A stretch of DNA of 64,000 nt from Ascoidea asiatica JCM 7603 (lineage: Eukaryota > Fungi > Ascomycota), in NCBI GenBank assembly GCA_001600695.1, contig BCKQ01000003.1:840587-904586 (forward strand). Direction: 5' to 3'. The notes under the pieces are model-generated. The model did not search any database. It worked only from the letters and a program-made list of their open reading frames with translations, and was not told the DNA's origin. Positions 1-11,630 of the stretch are shown one piece after another. A program made the position numbers and the translations under genes. How positions within the stretch are numbered: the stretch's first letter is position 1; each line of letters starts with the position of its first letter.

Positions 1-1
1 T

Positions 2-1063
2 TCATTTCTATTTTTATTTTTTTCAAATCTTTTTGGTCAACCTGCTGCTGTTGGTTCTATAATGGGCTGGGTTTTTTTCATTTTAAATGCTGCTTTTTCT
101 TTAATTTTATTAATTTTAATTATCATTTATGCAATTTTATCTATTTTTTCAAAAAATCCAGATGCAAGATTTCAACCTGCAAAAGATGATAGAACTTCAT
201 TTCAAAGAAGTTCTCAAATTATTGATAGAGATAGTATGGCTCAAGATAATTTTGTTTCAGAATTATTTGCTCTTGGTGCAACTGCAAAAAATCATCAAAG
301 TGATTGGGCAAATGATTTAAAAACTTTTGATAGTCCAGGTTTATCTCCATATGATTTAAGATTTCAAAGAAGTGAAAAAGCATTTAAAGATCATCAAGCA
401 AGTATAAATAATGAAAATAGATCAGATGATTCTCCATTCAGTGATAATTTAAGTAATAATAAAAATAAGAATACTCTTAATCCTTCTAATGTTAATGAAA
501 GTTCATCATTAGGAGTTAAAACTGCTTTAGCAGGATTAATGAGAAAATTTTCTAATGCTAGAAGAAATCATTCTATTAAAAGACAGAAATCTTCAAATGG
601 TAGTGGTTCAAATAAAAGAGGTTTATCTTTAAAATTAAATTCAAATAATTCAAATGTAGGATATTCAGATCCAAATTCAAATAGAGGAATCAATACAGTT
701 GATGAAATAGCAGTTTTATCACCTCAGAGAGAAGTACCAGAAAGTTCAATATTTTCACCAACTTCAAAACATACAAGAAATGAATCAAGCATGCCAATAA
801 ATGCAAAAGATAATAGTGTTAACAATATGCATGATAATCATTTAGGTGATACTTACTCAACACTTTCATATGAAGAAGAAGATGAAAATCGATATAGTAC
901 AAATCAATTAACAAATACAGGAGGAGTCCAAGCAACTGATTTCGTTGAACCTGGATTTCAATTTGAAGATAATTATGCCTACTCTCCACAAAAGGATCCA
1001 TATGACTCTTCAGCCAATCAAAGTAATGAAAAAATAAATCCTACAAACTCAAAATTACTCTAA
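2..1063 (+). CDS. FLC-family (TRP-like flavin carrier / ER Ca2+ channel), 3' part; 5'-truncated by the window edge
   Basis: The frame is open from base 2 (SFLFLFFSNLFGQPAAVGSIMGWVFFILNAAFSLILL...KNPDARFQPAKDDRTSF...ELFALGATA). This matches the last TM helices and C-tail of Flc1/2/3. The paralog cannot be resolved. Confidence 0.85.
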   Translation, partial: SFLFLFFSNLFGQPAAVGSIMGWVFFILNAAFSLILLILIIIYAILSIFSKNPDARFQPAKDDRTSFQRSSQIIDRDSMAQDNFVSELFALGATAKNHQSDWANDLKTFDSPGLSPYDLRFQRSEKAFKDHQASINNENRSDDSPFSDNLSNNKNKNTLNPSNVNESSSLGVKTALAGLMRKFSNARRNHSIKRQKSSNGSGSNKRGLSLKLNSNNSNVGYSDPNSNRGINTVDEIAVLSPQREVPESSIFSPTSKHTRNESSMPINAKDNSVNNMHDNHLGDTYSTLSYEEEDENRYSTNQLTNTGGVQATDFVEPGFQFEDNYAYSPQKDPYDSSANQSNEKINPTNSKLL

Positions 1064-2175
1064 TAATAAACTAATTTCAAATTTATCTTCCTTCAACTTC
1101 TTATTTTTTTTTATTTAATTCTAGGACCCCGATTTAATAATATTATTTTAGGTTAATATCTTTTCTTTTCTCAAGAGAATGAAATTTGTTTAATGTTATT
1201 TTAAAAAGAATTCTCATTCCAAGGTTTTTATTTCTTCATCTTTTTTTTTGGTTTTTTTTTTGTATTAAAAAAATTTTGAATCTTTTTTTTGTTTATTTTT
1301 ATATTTTTTTTTTTAAAAAAAAAATCGAACTATAAACTTAACAGTTAAGATTAATCAAGAAAGATTTAATTTGGGTTTATAGAAATCAATCCTAAGATTT
1401 CAGTTTGCTATTATAATTTGGAAGTCTTCAATGACTGAAATTGATACTAAAGAAATTTAAATCTTTTCGATCAAAAATAATATATCTGTTACTCTAATAT
1501 TTGTTGCTCTGATGATTTACCCAATGATGAATGATTTTCAAAGATGCCAGTAGGCTAGGCTTTAGGTAGAAGACATTCCAATTAATAACTTACCTTTTCC
1601 ATAATTCTCTATACTCTACTTTACACCCCCCCCCCCCCCTATCTTTTTTTAATTCCATATATTTTTGTATTCTTATTTAGCAAATCCATCTAATTTCTCT
1701 TCTTCATTCACTTCGTCTAGCTCATCTGCTTTATCTACCATATTAATTAACATTATTTCTGTTAAAAGATTCGAAAAGTTTCATTTAATTCACTAGCCTT
1801 ATATTCCAGCCATAACCAGCCACAATATGTTTTTCCCAAAGCATTTCCGTACATTTGGTCTCTTGTTTTTTTTGCGCAAGGCCTTCTCCTCTGTTTAGAT
1901 CTCGTTTTTGTTCCATTATTTTCGTAGCACGCGTCGTTAATAGTTCTTTTTTAATTCACTTAAAATATTTATTCAAATGAAAACAAATTCAGTTATTTTG
2001 AATGTTTTTTTTTGATTCAATCAAATCAATTGTAATAATTATTCCTTTTTTTTAAAATTAGAAACAGTTAGTTTAATAAAATCTTAATTGATATTTTGAA
2101 AATTCTCAGCTTTCATTCCGATAAGCTATATATGTTTTTTGGCTTTTATGTTATTTAACTCTTCAAGGAAATTTG

Positions 2176-4623
2176 ATGGATCTGCAACTTTTTGATCATG
2201 ATTCGTGGATACCAAAAACTGGAGAAAGAGTTTTATGTCAAGTTCCTGGTTATCCAGCTTGGCCTTCGATGGTATTACCTTTAGATACATTACCTATTCA
2301 TATTGCTCAAAAGAAACCAAAGAGATCAAAAGTACCTTTATATCCAGTAGTATTTTATAATGATCCAACTTTTTATTGGGCGAAAAAACAATATTTAAAA
2401 TTATTAACAGATTCAATAATAAATAATTACATAACGAGAAATAAAAAAGCTAAAAATTTCCAATTATATGAAGCATATGTTGAATCTCTAAAATATCCAA
2501 CTTTCGAAGATTATTTGGTGCTTAATGGAGGACAAGAGGATTTAGTTAATCCAGATAATGAATTATTAAATTCAATTAGACAAAGTATAGCGACTGCAAG
2601 AAATGAATCAGTGAAAAAAATTGCTGAATCTGAAAATTATGTTGAGATTCTTGATCCAGATGATTCTGACTCAAATTATTCTGAGAATTCTAACAACCCT
2701 GATCATCAAACCGTTATAGATCATTATGATCATAACAAGCAAAGTAACGAAAACAATGACTTTGATGATGATGATGATAATAATGATTCAAACTCCCCTT
2801 TATTTAAATCATTCAACGATGTATTATTAGATGACGAATATTTCGAAAATGAAAGGCAGATAGAAGAGCAGATTAAGAACCAAAAGCAATTATTAAATGA
2901 GGATGATAATGAATCTGATACTGATTCTAATACAGATACCGATAATCAAGGTTCAAATAAAAATAAAAATAAAAATAAAAATAAAAATGAAAGTGAAAGT
3001 GAGTCTGAATATGAATATGAAGATGATTCTGATTACAAAAATAGAAATGTAGAAAAAACTAGAAGTAGAAGCAGAAGCAAAAACGGTAGACTTTTAAAAC
3101 TCCGTGCTATATCAAGAAAAGCTAAACAGACTAAGCAAACAGTAAAAAAGAAAAAAATATTAGAAAGTGATTTAGAAAATGAAATTGAAAATGAAATTGT
3201 ATCAGATAATGCGCCTTCAAGTAAAACATCAGATAATACAGTTAATGATACAATAATTTCAAGTCCAAATATATCTAAAAATAATATTTCAAAAAGTAAA
3301 TCCCTAGTTTTAAGAAAAAAAACATCTAATCAGCTATCTAGAATAAAAACTAAAAACAAAGTAACAAAAGAAGACGTTGCAACTCCTGAAGAATTGAGAC
3401 TTTTAGAAGAAGAAAATGAGTTTGAAAATAAAATCTGGATTCCATTAATTGGCAATAGAGTTGCCTGTAAAGTTCCAACTTATCCTGCCGCTCCTGGTAT
3501 GATTATACCCTTGAAACTCCTTCCATTATCAGTCATGAAAGAAATTCCACCAAATTTAACACTTGATGAAGTTTTCCCAGTATCATTTTACAATGAAACC
3601 ACTTATTATTGGGCTCAACGATATGAATTAAATTTACTATCTGATACAAAAATTGATGTATTTTTAAGGATTCAAAAGAAAAAAAATTTTGGGACAAAAT
3701 CAAAATCAAATTTGGATTTAATTTCTGCTTACTTGCAAGCAAAAGAATATAAAACTTTAAGTGAATTTATAACTTTAAAAAATTTTGATACCGAGAAGCT
3801 TTTAGACCAAGATCCTGAAAAAATAAATAGGTATGAAGCAAATGTTAGATTACAGGAATCGAACATTCATCCAATTACAATTGAGAAAAAGCCTACAATT
3901 GCTACTCAAACTGATTTACTCACTGATGTAAATAATATTCTGCAAAGTTATAATATTCCAATAGCGGCTACACCTTTAACAACTCTGGTAGTTTCTCAAC
4001 AGAATACCGAAATTCCAAATAGCTCAATATCATCACAAAGCCAAATGGTCAACAGTTATCGAAATTTATTTGGTAATATCAATGATCCCAAAAAAAATAA
4101 TGTATTTAACAATTCAGGCTTGACAACTCCTTTGCCTCTATATTCTCTTCAGGTTCCTATAGTAAATAATTCCGAAAATAACTACAAATTACCACTTGAA
4201 GACTCTTCATTGAATGTAGCGAGTGGAGTAAAAGTCAAAAACGAATACATCAAAGTTCAGATCCCAAAAGAAAATGAAAGCTCCAATAAATATTCTAAGC
4301 CAAACCCACATGTTAGGAAGCCAAATAATGGAAAAGGTCGTTCTTTCGGTCCTGTTGACTCTGAAACTTCAGAAGATTCTTCAAATTCATATAAAGAAGC
4401 AAGTGATTGGAGAACTGGCAGTCCTAAAAAGCCTACTATTGGCATTGTAGCTGGAATTATTCCTAAAAGGGATTATGATATAACGCCAACAGTTACATCT
4501 AGTTTCGAAGAAGGTACTACTACAATTGGAAAGCTCTCATCCACAGGATTATTTAAGCCTCCTGATTTTTATAGACAGTTATCTTATAATCAATCCCCTC
4601 CTAACAAAAGAAGAAAAGTTTAA
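2176..4623 (+). CDS. Chromatin protein with two PWWP domains (Pdp3/Ioc4-like family)
   Basis: First ATG at 2176. PWWP1 is GERVLCQVPGYPAWPSMV...YPVVFYNDPTFYW. PWWP2 is GNRVACKVPTYPAAPGMI...FPVSFYNETTYYW. An acidic/basic linker separates them, and the C-terminus has an NLS-like PNKRRKV. Confidence 0.8.
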   Translation: MDLQLFDHDSWIPKTGERVLCQVPGYPAWPSMVLPLDTLPIHIAQKKPKRSKVPLYPVVFYNDPTFYWAKKQYLKLLTDSIINNYITRNKKAKNFQLYEAYVESLKYPTFEDYLVLNGGQEDLVNPDNELLNSIRQSIATARNESVKKIAESENYVEILDPDDSDSNYSENSNNPDHQTVIDHYDHNKQSNENNDFDDDDDNNDSNSPLFKSFNDVLLDDEYFENERQIEEQIKNQKQLLNEDDNESDTDSNTDTDNQGSNKNKNKNKNKNESESESEYEYEDDSDYKNRNVEKTRSRSRSKNGRLLKLRAISRKAKQTKQTVKKKKILESDLENEIENEIVSDNAPSSKTSDNTVNDTIISSPNISKNNISKSKSLVLRKKTSNQLSRIKTKNKVTKEDVATPEELRLLEEENEFENKIWIPLIGNRVACKVPTYPAAPGMIIPLKLLPLSVMKEIPPNLTLDEVFPVSFYNETTYYWAQRYELNLLSDTKIDVFLRIQKKKNFGTKSKSNLDLISAYLQAKEYKTLSEFITLKNFDTEKLLDQDPEKINRYEANVRLQESNIHPITIEKKPTIATQTDLLTDVNNILQSYNIPIAATPLTTLVVSQQNTEIPNSSISSQSQMVNSYRNLFGNINDPKKNNVFNNSGLTTPLPLYSLQVPIVNNSENNYKLPLEDSSLNVASGVKVKNEYIKVQIPKENESSNKYSKPNPHVRKPNNGKGRSFGPVDSETSEDSSNSYKEASDWRTGSPKKPTIGIVAGIIPKRDYDITPTVTSSFEEGTTTIGKLSSTGLFKPPDFYRQLSYNQSPPNKRRKV

Positions 4624-5189
4624 AGAAATATGAATTTCATTTTTATCTCGTTGATAAAGAGATGAAAAGGCAGGTAAGCTATGTATAGTATCAAAAATTT
4701 TGCTACCTTCAAATTCACTTGAAAGTTTAAGAATAAAATCCTAAAATTTAGGTACTTTTCTCAATTTCTCTCTTTTTTCCTCATTAAAACTATAATTAAG
4801 TTGCAGAGAAAACTCTATAAACTGCAAATTTTGCTTTTATTCGATAATTATAAATAAGAAATTGAGTTTTTTTGCTAAATTTTGTTATTTTAATTTTACA
4901 TAACTTGTTCAAAAAAGTATTTCAACTTCTTATTTTAGTTCAATCAAGACATAATGAAGAAATTTGTTTTTAAGTTAATGTTGATTATCAACAATATATT
5001 AGTATAATATATACTTTTTATATATTTATATGTATATAGGTGTGTATATAATGAAAGGTTAGAAAATATAAAAAAAAGGCAAATAAGCAGAAATAAATAT
5101 TACAAAGCAAAAGAAAACTAAAAAAATAAAATGATAAGGTAAGTAAAAAGAAAATAGAAAACCATTATGTAAAAAAAGAATAAGAAGAA

Positions 5190-6851
5190 TTACTCTTCTT
5201 TTTCAACAGGAACAACATGATCAATATTTAATCTTGGTCCCTTAAACCATTTATGAGCATCTACTAAGTACCAAGTGATTGCCATTAACATTGGACCAAA
5301 ATAAACAACTACAGTCCAATTCATTTCATCTGCGGTATTATCTTTACCTCTAAGATATGGGAAACATAAAAATGGTGTCATCATTACAACAAAAGCAACA
5401 GCAAGACAACCAATTGGTTTTGAGAATTTTCCAAGATTCCATGGTCCAGGTTTGAAATTTTCTGCTGGAATAATAAGTTTAATAGCTGTTGGAATTGTAA
5501 AAGATATAAAAGCTGCAAGAGCACCTACACTAAAAATAGCACCAATAGCAGTATCACCTGCAAAAATTAATAATAATAATAATTCACCAACAAACCAATT
5601 AAACCAGACAGCATTTACAGGAGTTTGAGTATGTTTATTAACTATTTTCCAATATCTTGATAATGGAAAACAACCATCTCTAGAATAAGCAAAAGTAACT
5701 CTACTAGCAGCAATCATTCCTGCTTGTAACATGAAAAAAGAAGAAATAATGGTCATTATAATTACCATATCAACTAATTTTGTTGGTAAAACTTGAGCTG
5801 CATAAGTTACAAAAGGTTGACCTAATTCACTATTATTAATTGCAACTAAATCAACAGCAGTATATGCAATTGTTAATTGAAGTAACCAACCAAAAATTCC
5901 TCCAGTAAGAGAAGTTAAAGTAATTGCTCTTGGAACACAAATTGCAGCATTTGAAGATTCTTCAGCAAGATGAAAAGCACTATCATAACCACTAAGAGTC
6001 CAAATAAGATTAAGAAAAGACATTAAAACAGCAACACCATCAGACCATTCAGTTTGATTTACAGTTGTACTCCAAACAAAAGCATTTGAATTATATCTTG
6101 ATAAACCTTGATCAGTTCTATTATCACCAGCAAGAATTGCAATCATTACAACAAATAAAAATATCATATTTAAAGAACCACCTAAATTATTAAACCAAGC
6201 AATCCATTTTGTTGGCATTGAAGAAATTATACTTAAAAAAAAAGTAAAAGCAGTTGTTATACCAAATATTGCACCATCACCATAAGTAAAATTTGGATCA
6301 TGAAAACTTTTTAAAGCTAAAATCATACAAGTTAAAGCATAACCAATTGAAGGACCAGAAGTTATTTGAACTAACCAATTTGACCAACCAACACACCATG
6401 AAGCAAATGGAGCATATTTTGGATGAACAGGAGCTAATAAAGCATTTGCAGCATAATATAAACCAGAAGATAAAGGCATTGAAGAAGCTATTTCTGCCAT
6501 TGATAAAGCAACACATTGAACACCAATCCAAGCAACTAACCAACCCCAAGACATTGAAACTGTACCAGAATATAAAGAATAATAAAGACAAGAAGCAGTA
6601 CTTGGTAATAAACCAAGTAATGAAAAAGATATATTAAAAGTTGACCATAAAGTTAATTCTCTTTTAAATTCTTGTTTATAACCTAAAGCAGTTAATCTTT
6701 GTTCATCAGAACCCATATCATGATCAATAACTGGATTTAAACCTTGATTTGATAATATTGAAGTTAAATTCATTAAATCAACTTCAAGAACTTTTCCAGT
6801 TCCTGTTTCTTGAGCATTTGTGGAAGATATTGATTTTTCTTTATCACTCAT
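5190..6851 (-). CDS. APC-superfamily ACT-family permease (GABA/polyamine/choline; UGA4/GPT1-like)
   Basis: 553 aa with about 12 hydrophobic segments. Motifs LGYKQEFKRE, MAEIASSMP.SSGLYY, GYDSAFHLAEE, SRVTFAYSRDG and PGPWNLGKFS. Confidence 0.9.
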   Translation of the reverse strand: MSDKEKSISSTNAQETGTGKVLEVDLMNLTSILSNQGLNPVIDHDMGSDEQRLTALGYKQEFKRELTLWSTFNISFSLLGLLPSTASCLYYSLYSGTVSMSWGWLVAWIGVQCVALSMAEIASSMPLSSGLYYAANALLAPVHPKYAPFASWCVGWSNWLVQITSGPSIGYALTCMILALKSFHDPNFTYGDGAIFGITTAFTFFLSIISSMPTKWIAWFNNLGGSLNMIFLFVVMIAILAGDNRTDQGLSRYNSNAFVWSTTVNQTEWSDGVAVLMSFLNLIWTLSGYDSAFHLAEESSNAAICVPRAITLTSLTGGIFGWLLQLTIAYTAVDLVAINNSELGQPFVTYAAQVLPTKLVDMVIIMTIISSFFMLQAGMIAASRVTFAYSRDGCFPLSRYWKIVNKHTQTPVNAVWFNWFVGELLLLLIFAGDTAIGAIFSVGALAAFISFTIPTAIKLIIPAENFKPGPWNLGKFSKPIGCLAVAFVVMMTPFLCFPYLRGKDNTADEMNWTVVVYFGPMLMAITWYLVDAHKWFKGPRLNIDHVVPVEKEE

Positions 6852-8229
6852 TTTTATTAGTTTATTTATTTATTTATTTATTTATATATATATTAATGTA
6901 TATATATATATTGTATATATATTAATGTATATATATATATTGTATATATATTTTATTTTTGAGATATTCAATTATTTTTATGATTTTAAAATTATATTTT
7001 TTTTTTGTAATTATAAAAATCTTTTAAACATTCTATTTCTTAAAATGAATATATTATTATATACTTTCTTTTTTTTTGAAATATTGTAAGTATGAATGAA
7101 TTATATAAACTTTAAGTGATAAAATTCTTTATGTCTTAATGTCTTAATTTCTAAATTTTTTATTTTAATTTTTATTTAAAAAAAAGATAAAGTTGAGAAT
7201 GAAAATACTGGGAATAGATTTATATTTATATATATTTATATCTATATACAAAAATAGTGTATAAAAATATAATATAATACAAAATTATATAATTATTTAA
7301 AGAAAAAAAAAAAAGAAAGAGAAGTAAAATTGAAATGAATATGAAAGAAATATTTGACAGTAGTAATAGAGTTTATAGAAGTAGTTTACTGTATAAAGTT
7401 ATAAGATTTGAAAAAGTTAGATTAAGTGAAGTTAAAAAAATAATGCAGATGATAAAGTTTTTTAAACAAGTTTACGATAATGAAAATAAGTTGTAAAATT
7501 ATTATAAAAAATAATAATAATAATAATATTCAAATATAAAACCAAAGAAAAAAAAGCATAGAGAAAAAATTATTTGAAATAGGAATTTTTTATTTATTTA
7601 CTGTAGTAATTCAAAATTTAAATTAAAATTGAAATTAAAATTGAAAATATTCTTATCAGTAACTAAATTAGTACTTGATGTATAGAATGTCTGAGATTAT
7701 AAACTCAATAGACTTGTCTCAATTGTCATTTTTGTCATAATTATTTATATTTACTTATTACGATTATCCAAATTAGTAAATTATATATAAATTCAAAAAG
7801 GTTCAAAAAGGAATAATATCAAAAGATCAAATTGAGTGAGTTCTGGGAAAATAATAAAATCAAAATCAAAATCAAAATCAAAATCAAACGAGAATGAAAA
7901 GTTCTTGTGATAAGAGAATCAATAAATATTGCTTATTTTGAATAAAACTGACTACAACAGTGAATTAACTAAGTAAAATAAACATAATTAACAAGAAATT
8001 GTTCATTTGAGTAACGAGGAATTAATTGCAGTTAATCTCCGTTTACTTCAATAACTGAAATAATAAAAATTATGATAATTCAAAAGTAACTGTTGATAAT
8101 TGTAATAAAGGTCTTTATGCTTTATTTCAAATACTTTAATGGTGAAAGAGGTTACTTCCTAAAACGAAGAATTAAACTGAAAACGAAATCGAAATAGTTT
8201 TTATTCATTTCTTTCTCTTTCTGCAAAAA

Positions 8230-9310
8230 AAAAAAAAATAACGGGGTTTCTTCACTAACAACGCTTTTCGGGACAGAAATTAATCAGAAATCAGAAATTA
8301 ATGCAGCTCGAAAAGGCCCCGTTTTCTTGTTTTCTGTTTTAGCGGCGCAAGAAGAGGCAGCTGTACGCTTGCACCGCCACAGAATTTGCTATGAAGGTAG
8401 GTCCAAGCACAGTACGGACCCCGTGACAAGCGTAAAGAAGAATTCTTAATAAAAGTTAATCCGAGGGTAACGCTTTTTCTTGTCCCCGAATCAAAGAAAG
8501 TGCGGTGTATTCTTTCATTCAACTATCGTCTCTGGAAGCATAAAAGCATTAGCAGTCTATTATAATATTCACTCTTAAAAGAAGCATTTTCTGACAATCT
8601 CATGCTAATCCGTTTATATTAAGAGTTTCCAAGTAACTCCATGAATTGGAATAGAAGAACCGTAAACCAAAAATCCAAAGAGTATCAGGGACAAGGCAAC
8701 AGAGAGCACTCTGTCCTATATTTGCAAGTGACAATAGGACAGACTGCTCTTAGTTAGTTGTGAGTGTTATGGAAATGAGGTTGGGTCGTTGGATTGCTGG
8801 ACTGGTCTGACGGTTGCAGCGGCCTGGCTGCTCGGCGTTATCGCAGTCTCAAAAGCTTAAGGGAAACGGCTGTCCAGCTGCAATTCAATTCCACTTTTCA
8901 GATCTTCTCTGAGCCGGACTTTGACAGCACTGAGATAATCGAAGTGAGCGGCGGTGTGTCGCTTGATTCCTTTTTCGCTTATTTGGCTCTAAGCGCGTTT
9001 TTTTTCCTTTCTTCATTCAATTTTTTGAAGATGCTTGTTAAGAAGGAACCTATTGTTGGTCTCAAACACGTCATGTGATTTTTTTTGCTTTTTTTTTGAT
9101 CACGTTTTAACTTTTTTTGAAATTATAATATATTCCCCAATACTTAGCCACGTGATGTTGTATTTTGGCGTTTGTTTACGTTTGTGCTTGTTGTTTACTT
9201 GTGTTTGTTTACCTTTTACTCAACTGGGTAAGCACGCGTATAACCTCACGTGCTTTCCTCATTTTTGCTGATTCTTCCTCATTTTCTTCTTACTTTGCTG
9301 TATTTTTGCT
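8230..9310. promoter_or_regulatory. GC-rich divergent promoter (permease / GTT3) with E-boxes and an MCB-like site
   Basis: CACGTG near 9149 and 9247, ACGCGT at 9234-9239. GATAAG (7909) and CTTATC (7652) lie on the permease side. Confidence 0.5.
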
Positions 9311-9549
9311 GTGTTTTTGCTGTGTTTTTGCTGTAATTTTGCTTACAAACGCAATTTCTCCAGAAATCGGATATGATTTCTTGCTTTCGCTTAACGCTTT
9401 AATTTATTTAAGACATATATACATTATATTATTATATTATTATTTTAAAATATTATTTTATTAATTTATTATTTAAAAACAATAAATAATAAACAATAAT
9501 TTAAATATATATATTTATTTATTTTCTTACATAATAATATCAATTAAAA

Positions 9550-9834
9550 ATGAGTTTATCAAGATTAAGAAAAGCAGATTTACAATCTTTAGCTTTACAA
9601 TTAGGTTTAGGTGAAATTAATGGTACAAAATCAGTTATAGAAAATGATATAATTAAATTTCTTTATAATAATCCTGAATTACAAAATAAAAAAGAATTTG
9701 AAAAATATTATGCTTCTTTAAGAAGATCTCCTTCAAAACAAATATCTAAATTAAATTCAATATCAAGAACTAATTCAAGAAATAATTCAAGACCAAATAC
9801 TTCTAATTCTTCAAATGATATAAATACTGATATA

Positions 9835-9865
<31 letters not shown>

Positions 9866-10869
9866 TTAATAGTAATGAAAATGATAATGATAATTTTATT
9901 GGTAATTTAACTTCAACTCCTTCCAAAAAAAGACATTCAACAAGATTATCTTCATCTTTTATTCATGTTAAAAAAGAATCTTCTCCTTTATTCAATTCTT
10001 CTAAACATAATATTCAATTCGATAATAATGATAATGTTAATGAAAGTCAAGAGGAAGATGATGAAGAAGAAGAAGAAGAAGAAGAAGAGGAACAAGAGGA
10101 GGGTGAAGATAATGGAATTGATAATGATAGTGATATAGAAGATATAACTGATCAAGAAATTAAATTAAATTCTAAAATTAATAATAATTTCAAAAATGAA
10201 TTAAAAATTAAATTAAAAACTGGTTTAAATAATACTCGTAACTTTATTTATGAAATTCCTTTAATTACAAAAACAAAAATATCAAAATTTAATAAAATTT
10301 TTAATGAAAATTTATCCAATTTATTAAATTTCTTAATTACATCTTTTGAAAATTCAAATAATTTATTAAAAAAAAAATTATCAACAAATTTTTCAATTAA
10401 TTTAATTCAATTAATCTCAGAATATTTAATTATAATTTCAAATAAAATTCCATTAACTAAATTTTCAATTAAATTTCCAAAAATTTTTAATTTTTTAAAT
10501 AAAAATATAAATAAAATTTCAAATAAACTTTCAGATAATTCAAATATTTCAAATAAAAAATATTTAGATTTTTTAATTTTTGATTATAATTATTTTTTCA
10601 ATCTAGATTTTTTAGAATTATTTTTTTTCTGGCTTTTAATTTTTTTAATTTTACCTTTAATTACTTCTTATTATATTAATTTTAATAAACTGAATCATCA
10701 TAATAATAACAAGAAAACTAATAATAATAATAATAATAAAACAACTTCTAGTTTTGATCCTTTAGTTTTCAATTTATCAAGATTTTTAGCATATTTTATT
10801 TTCTTAATTTCAAAAATTAATTCTAAAGATTTAAAATATGAAGCAATTCATTTTGCTGAAAAAGAAGGT

Positions 10870-10900
<31 letters not shown>

Positions 10901-11028
10901 ATTGCTATTTATTACCTTTAAAAACTTGGATTTTTCATAACTCAATTTTATTAAGACCAATTTTATCAAAAGTTCCTTTAATTGGTTCAATTATTGGTAC
11001 AATTATTGCAATTTATGATGCTATTTAA
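9550..11028 (+). CDS. GTT3: Gtt3-like nuclear-periphery membrane protein
   Basis: The N-terminus SRLRKADLQSLALQL resembles Gtt3 SRWKKADLIDLANKL. An acidic middle region is followed by C-terminal TM segments with LPLITSYYINF and FDPLVFNLSR. Confidence 0.7.
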
Positions 11029-11630
11029 TTTCCTATTATATTTAAAAATTCAATTATTAATATCACTTTGTACTTCCTATTATTCCTAATCTTATTCTCC
11101 AATTTTTCAAATTATCAAACTTTTATTTATTAATTATATCTATATCCGTTTATTGCTTTCTATCTAAACTTTTTTTTTTTTTTTGTTTTCTTTTATTTTA
11201 TTCTATTTTTTCAATTAAACTTTTCAAATTTCTTATTTTTATTTCAATATACAGTATATGTTTTTTTGGTGTCCTTTTTTTTCTTTCTCTTTATTTTTAT
11301 ATATATTAGTTCTTAGCTTTAAATTTATTATTTTGATTTTTCTTGTTTTGATTAAGATTTGTATTGTATGTATATTAATTTAGTCTTTTTTAATTGCAGA
11401 AAAAAAATCTTTTTCCCTTTTTCTCTTTTTTTTGTATTTTGAACTAAGTTTTAATAAATATTTTATTAGAACTTAAAAATTTTACTCGATTTTAGTTATT
11501 TTTACAAAAAAGAAAGTTTAAATTATCATTAAAATTTTAAATATTTTTATTAATTAACAAATGAATAAATTATACTATTCATAATAGTTATAGTTATTAA
11601 ATTTAAAATATTTTTAAAATAATTATAAAA

